Origin: an uncultured Gemmatimonadales bacterium
Lineage (GTDB): Bacteria > Gemmatimonadota > Gemmatimonadetes > Gemmatimonadales > Gemmatimonadaceae
Assembly: GCA_963850905.1 (NCBI GenBank)
Contig: CAWKMU010000003.1
Span: forward strand, 1,440,001-1,504,000
Length of the DNA: 64,000 bases
Direction: 5' to 3'
A program made the translations under genes and the position numbers. Under the pieces are notes generated by a model. It made no database searches, was not told where the DNA came from, and saw nothing but the letters and a program-made list of their open reading frames with translations. Shown in pieces: positions 59,550 through 64,000 of this stretch; positions within the stretch are counted from its first letter, which is position 1, and every line of letters starts with the position of its first letter.

Positions 59550-61244
59550 TCAGGTCGCCGCGTGCGCGGCGCTCGATCGCTCGGGCGTGAGACCTTGACC
59601 GAAGCGTCCATCCGAGCGCTGGCCCTCGCGGAGCGTCACCTGACCATTCACGAGCACGGCATGGATCCCATCTGGATACTGGAACGGATCGGCGTAGGTC
59701 GCGCGGTCGATCACCGTCGCCGGATCGAACACCACCACATCGCCGGCCATCCCCGCAGCGAGGCGGCCGCGATCACCGAGCTTGACGCGGGCTGCGCTTT
59801 GCGCGGTCATCTTGTGGATGGCTTGCGACAGGGTGAGCACGTGTCGCTCGCGGACGTAGCGGCCCAGGATGCGGGGAAAGGTGCCAAGCCCACGGGGGTG
59901 GGGCTGCCCGGCGTGTGCGGGACCGTCGATCGCGAAGGCCCCCCCGTCGCTGCACACGGTACACTGCGGGTGTGCGAGGATGCGGGAGATGTCCTCTTCG
60001 CTCATCGCAAACCCGACCATGCCCACGCTGCCGTGGCTCCGTCTCAAGAGCGCGACGGCCGCCTCGTATGGGTCGGTTCCCGCCAATGCTGCGTACGTGC
60101 CGAGCCTCTGTCCCTCGACGGCGCGATCCGCGCTGTCGGCCACCGACGAGATGAGGACGCTGTTCCAGCCGGCGAGGAGGTTGATCTTTTCAAGGACTGC
60201 CGCGCGCAGCCGGGGTGTCGCCGCCGAGTCAGCGAGCCGAGCCAGGAACGCGTCGGTGCCGCCGTCTTTGCTCCATTTGGGAAAGAGATTGTCGAGGCCC
60301 GTCTGGTAGGCTTCGTACGGGTAACAGTCGAACGTCACGTCGACGCCGTTCTTCCGCGCGTCGGCCACGCGGGCGAAGACGTCATCGAGCTTCCCCCAGT
60401 TGCGCTGTCCCTCGCACTTGAGGTGTGAGATCTCGAGCGGGCAGCCCGCTCCGCGCGCGACGGCGATCGCTTCCTCGACCGACTCGATGACGTGGTCGTC
60501 CTCGTTGCGCATGTGCGTGGCGTAGGGCAGCCCGCGCGCGGCGAGCGGATGGCAGAGGGCGCTCAGTTCATCGCGCGGCGCGAAGATGCCGGGCGTGTAC
60601 TCGAGCCCCGACGACGCCCCGCAGGCGCCGCCCTCGACTGCGGCCGCGACGAGTGCGACCATGCGGCGCATCTCATCCGGGGTCGCTGGCCGGTCCGCGT
60701 CGCCGACGATCACGTGTCGCACGGTGCCGAGTCCCACCATGCTGGCGACGTTGACGGAGCTGGGCAGAGCCTGGACCTCCCGGAGGAATTCCCCAACGGT
60801 CTTGCCCGTCGCCGTACCGGGTACGGACGCGCCGTGCCGGGTCGCCTCGGCGTCAGTGCGCGTTGGCTCGTGCGATGAGCCATCCTGTCCCACGATCACG
60901 GTCGTGACGCCCTGGCGGATCACCGACTCGACGCGCGGGTCCTTGAACATCGTGCCGTCGGCGTGCGAGTGGATGTCAATGAAGCCCGGTGCCACGGCGA
61001 GCCCGCGCGCATCGATCACCACCGCAGCATCGTCGCCGAGGCGGTGGCCGATCGCGGCAATGCGTCCCGCGGAGAGTGCGACGTCACCCTCGACTCCCGG
61101 GCTGCCGGTCCCGTCGAATACGGTGCCGTTCCGGATGAGCACGTCGTAGCGCTTGCGTCCGGGGAGGTGCAGCGCCGGCGCCTTGCGGAGGGCAAGGATG
61201 GCGAGGAGGGCTCCGGACTCACCAAGAAAACCGCGGCGATTCAT
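59550..61244 (-). CDS. N-acyl-D-amino-acid deacylase (D-aminoacylase), Tat-exported
   Basis: NRRGFL twin-arginine signal; PGFIDIHSH, SSGLEYTPG, THMRNE, ISHLK and PHPRGLGTFPR. Confidence 0.9.
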   Translation of the reverse strand: MNRRGFLGESGALLAILALRKAPALHLPGRKRYDVLIRNGTVFDGTGSPGVEGDVALSAGRIAAIGHRLGDDAAVVIDARGLAVAPGFIDIHSHADGTMFKDPRVESVIRQGVTTVIVGQDGSSHEPTRTDAEATRHGASVPGTATGKTVGEFLREVQALPSSVNVASMVGLGTVRHVIVGDADRPATPDEMRRMVALVAAAVEGGACGASSGLEYTPGIFAPRDELSALCHPLAARGLPYATHMRNEDDHVIESVEEAIAVARGAGCPLEISHLKCEGQRNWGKLDDVFARVADARKNGVDVTFDCYPYEAYQTGLDNLFPKWSKDGGTDAFLARLADSAATPRLRAAVLEKINLLAGWNSVLISSVADSADRAVEGQRLGTYAALAGTDPYEAAVALLRRSHGSVGMVGFAMSEEDISRILAHPQCTVCSDGGAFAIDGPAHAGQPHPRGLGTFPRILGRYVRERHVLTLSQAIHKMTAQSAARVKLGDRGRLAAGMAGDVVVFDPATVIDRATYADPFQYPDGIHAVLVNGQVTLREGQRSDGRFGQGLTPERSSAAHAAT

Positions 61245-61526
61245 CTAAAGGAACAGGTAGGGGTCATTCGACGATACGAAACGAGAGGCTTGCGGGGTGT
61301 CCCCCGCTCAACGCGTCCGACTACATTCTCGCGCCGTTACCGCTCGAGCGCCACAGGCCCTGGGCCGTCGAGGGTGGACGACAGCTTATTCGGCAGGGAG
61401 ACCCTCCGTGCTTCCGACTCGGGCATGGTCAACAACCGTTCCCGCACAGCGTCTCCCCTCGTAGTTTCTTCCGCAGACCAGCGGCCAGCGGGATGGGCGA
61501 GATAGACACCAACCGGAGTATCGAGC

Positions 61527-63347
61527 GTGGCGACAAGGAGTGCATCCACAAGTCGGTGGCTGGCCGCGCTGCTCGCGTGCGGTCTGGCAACGAGCGCACT
61601 GGCGCAGCCCGAGATGCGCTTCGAGCGTCGCGAGCTCACGATCCCAATGCGCGATGGCGTGAAGCTATTCGCCGTCGCGCTCATCCCGGTCGGTACGACC
61701 ACGCCGCTGCCAGTCATGTTGATTCGCACACCGTACAGCGCTGCCCGTGCGTTTCCATCGGACACGCTGCCGGCCACATATCGGGAATTGGCTGCGGATG
61801 GCTACACCTTCGTCACTGAGGACATCCGTGGCCGCTACCGGTCGGAAGGCTTGTTCATCATGAATCGCGCGCAGCATGATCCGCGTGATCACGAGACCAA
61901 CGAGTCGACTGATACGTACGACACGGTGGACTGGCTCGTGAAGCACCTGCCGAACAACAGTGGGAAGGTCGGGGTGATGGGGATTTCGTACCCCGGCTGG
62001 CTGGCGGGTGTCGCGGCCCTGGCGGCGCATCCCGCCATCAAAGCTGTGTCGCCACAGGCACCGATGACCGACACCTGGATCGGCGACGACTTTTTCCACC
62101 AAGGCGCATTTCGCCAGTCGTTCGGCGTCGAGTACGCTGCGGCCATGGAGTTCACCAAGGATGGGACGCGTGGGGTGCCGGTCGATCGGTACGATCGCTA
62201 CGACTGGTACCTCCAATTCCCGACTCTCGACTCGATCGCCAAGGCAACCGGAATCACTGAGCTCCCATCCTGGGTCGGATTTCGGACGCATCCAGCGTGG
62301 GACGCATATTGGCAGGGGAAGGCGATGGAGCTGGCTCTCACGAAGCCTGTGGTGCCCCTGCTGTTCGTCGGTGGGTTTTGGGATCAAGAGGACATCTACG
62401 GACCACAAGGCGCCTACAAGGCCGTCATCGCGCATGATCCTGCCGGCACGACACGCATCGCGCTCGGGCCGTGGTACCATGGGGAGTGGGCCCGTCCGGG
62501 CGCCGGGGACTCGATCGGCGCCGTGCAATTCGGCAGCAAGACCTCCGACTATTTCCGCGCCCAGATTCAACGGCCGTGGTTTGCATACTATCTGCACGGT
62601 GTTGGCGACGGCAAATTCCCTGCGGCGTGGATCTTTGAAAGCGGCGAGAACGCCTGGCATACGTTCGATAGCTGGCCCCCGCACGCCGCACAGGGCCGTG
62701 CCATTTACCTCGGTGACCGGGGCACGCTCGCATTCGACAAGCCGACGACGAGCGGGTTCGACGCGTATGTCTCGGATCCGGCGCATCCCATTCCCTACAT
62801 GCCGCGCCCCATCGACGGGACGCGGTGGCATGGGTGGCTGCTCGAGGACCAGCGCTTCGTCGACCACCGCGCCAATGTGCTCACCTGGCAGACCGCCCCG
62901 CTTGCGGAGGATGCGACCATCGCCGGTGATGTGACCGCGCACATCTGCGCGTCGACAACGGGGAGTGATGCCGATTGGGTCGTGAAGCTCATCGACGTCT
63001 ACCCGGACAGCGTGGCCGCGAACCCGCGTATGGGCGGATACGAGCTCATGGTGGCGGAGGATATCATGCGCGGGCGCTACCGCTCGGGATTCGATCGGCC
63101 GGCGGCGATCCCGGCGAATACGGTGGAGGAGTTTCCCGTGGACCTACATGAGCAGCTCTACCGGTTCCTCAAGGGGCACCGGATCATGGTGCAGGTCCAG
63201 AGCTCCTGGTTTCCTCTCTACGACCGCAATCCGCAGACGTACATGCCCAACATCTTCGACGCCAAGCCGTCTGATTTTCATGTCGAGGAGCACCGGGTAT
63301 ATCACGGCGGCCCATGCGCGTCGCGCATTGAGGTCGGAGTGATGTGA
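61527..63347 (+). CDS. CocE/NonD family hydrolase (alpha-amino acid ester hydrolase-like)
   Basis: IPMRDGVKL, RTPY, DIRGRYRSEG, GISYPG nucleophile, WDQED and GPWYHG. Confidence 0.92.
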   Translation: MATRSASTSRWLAALLACGLATSALAQPEMRFERRELTIPMRDGVKLFAVALIPVGTTTPLPVMLIRTPYSAARAFPSDTLPATYRELAADGYTFVTEDIRGRYRSEGLFIMNRAQHDPRDHETNESTDTYDTVDWLVKHLPNNSGKVGVMGISYPGWLAGVAALAAHPAIKAVSPQAPMTDTWIGDDFFHQGAFRQSFGVEYAAAMEFTKDGTRGVPVDRYDRYDWYLQFPTLDSIAKATGITELPSWVGFRTHPAWDAYWQGKAMELALTKPVVPLLFVGGFWDQEDIYGPQGAYKAVIAHDPAGTTRIALGPWYHGEWARPGAGDSIGAVQFGSKTSDYFRAQIQRPWFAYYLHGVGDGKFPAAWIFESGENAWHTFDSWPPHAAQGRAIYLGDRGTLAFDKPTTSGFDAYVSDPAHPIPYMPRPIDGTRWHGWLLEDQRFVDHRANVLTWQTAPLAEDATIAGDVTAHICASTTGSDADWVVKLIDVYPDSVAANPRMGGYELMVAEDIMRGRYRSGFDRPAAIPANTVEEFPVDLHEQLYRFLKGHRIMVQVQSSWFPLYDRNPQTYMPNIFDAKPSDFHVEEHRVYHGGPCASRIEVGVM

Positions 63348-63667
63348 CTCACCTCGTCTCGAGACCGGGACGGATCACAGTCGATTGCACCCACGGTGTC
63401 CTCGTGGTTATGGGGTGAGTGAAGTGTCGAGAGTGCCCCTCGCCAAGGTTGTCGCGGGTGCGCTACAGCTCTGTCGAATCCCCCGTTGGTATTCGGCCCG
63501 GTGTGCCGGTCATGGCTAAGACCCGGAGAGGTTCAGATCGGCACAGAAGCTGCGATCGTCGAGCGCCGTTGGTGCGGTCTCTCCAACGCAGCCAAGGTCG
63601 CTGCGACACGTCGGAGCGCGAGATCTTGCCTCTTCCCCCGGCGCTGACACCAGCCGCGCCGTCATTC

Positions 63668-64000
63668 GTGCCATCGACCACTCAGAGCGCGCCGCACCCT
63701 GGAAGGGCGGGCGGTCGCATTCCATCGCTCGATGGGTTGCGAGCCGTGGCGATTGCATTGGTCATCATGTCACACGTCGTTTTTTTCTCCAGCTTCACTC
63801 GGCTGAGGATCATCAGCGACACGCTCGACATGGGGAATCTTGGCGTGCGCGTGTTCTTCGTCCTGTCAGGATTCCTTATCACCGGCCTTCTGCTACAGGA
63901 GGAAGAGCGGTCCGGTACGATCCGGCTTGGCCGGTTCTACCTGCGACGGACGTTTCGCATCTTCCCGGCGTACTATGTATTCGTCGCGACCGTCTTGATC
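63668..64000 (+). CDS. Acyltransferase family 3 (OafA-like), 3' partial
   Basis: Read from DNA (not in the ORF track): RIPSLDGLRAVAIALV...GVRVFFVLSGFLIT...FYLRRTFRIFPAYY. Confidence 0.9.
   Translation, partial: MPSTTQSAPHPGRAGGRIPSLDGLRAVAIALVIMSHVVFFSSFTRLRIISDTLDMGNLGVRVFFVLSGFLITGLLLQEEERSGTIRLGRFYLRRTFRIFPAYYVFVATVLI

Noticed and set aside
61245..61526. Possible structured RNA (HEARO/omega-like GTTGACC on the minus strand) or 26-aa ORF in the divergent intergenic region
   Set aside because: Only a short match, no iscB/tnpB nearby and no convincing RBS.

Overview
GC-rich bacterial chromosomal window, probably Gemmatimonadota (inferred from the TonB-C style, a SusC-like receptor in high-GC DNA and many secreted lipoproteins). 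It holds about 50 mostly unlinked accessory genes. These include MFS/MATE transporters, pxpABC, a PaoABC/YagTSR-like molybdoenzyme cluster, a quinohemoprotein PQQ dehydrogenase, GH44, a SusC-like receptor, many secreted hydrolases and beta-propellers, and an ECF sigma/anti-sigma-YCII operon. I found no rRNA, tRNA, CRISPR, integrase or transposase. The most unusual signal is non-coding: five dispersed copies of a ~105-140 bp palindromic element. Each has variable-number tandem heptamer arms, (TRGACGY)n ... (TCYARCG)n, around a conserved hairpin core, and sits flush against stop or start codons. A separate GTAG-type REP family and other heptamer tracts are also present. Four genes carry five +1 frameshifts that can all be repaired by removing one A from GAA (four of five at GA[A]TG), which suggests a motif-specific sequencing error rather than true decay. 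Product calls come from motif recognition only; no searches were run, and several start codons are my estimates.
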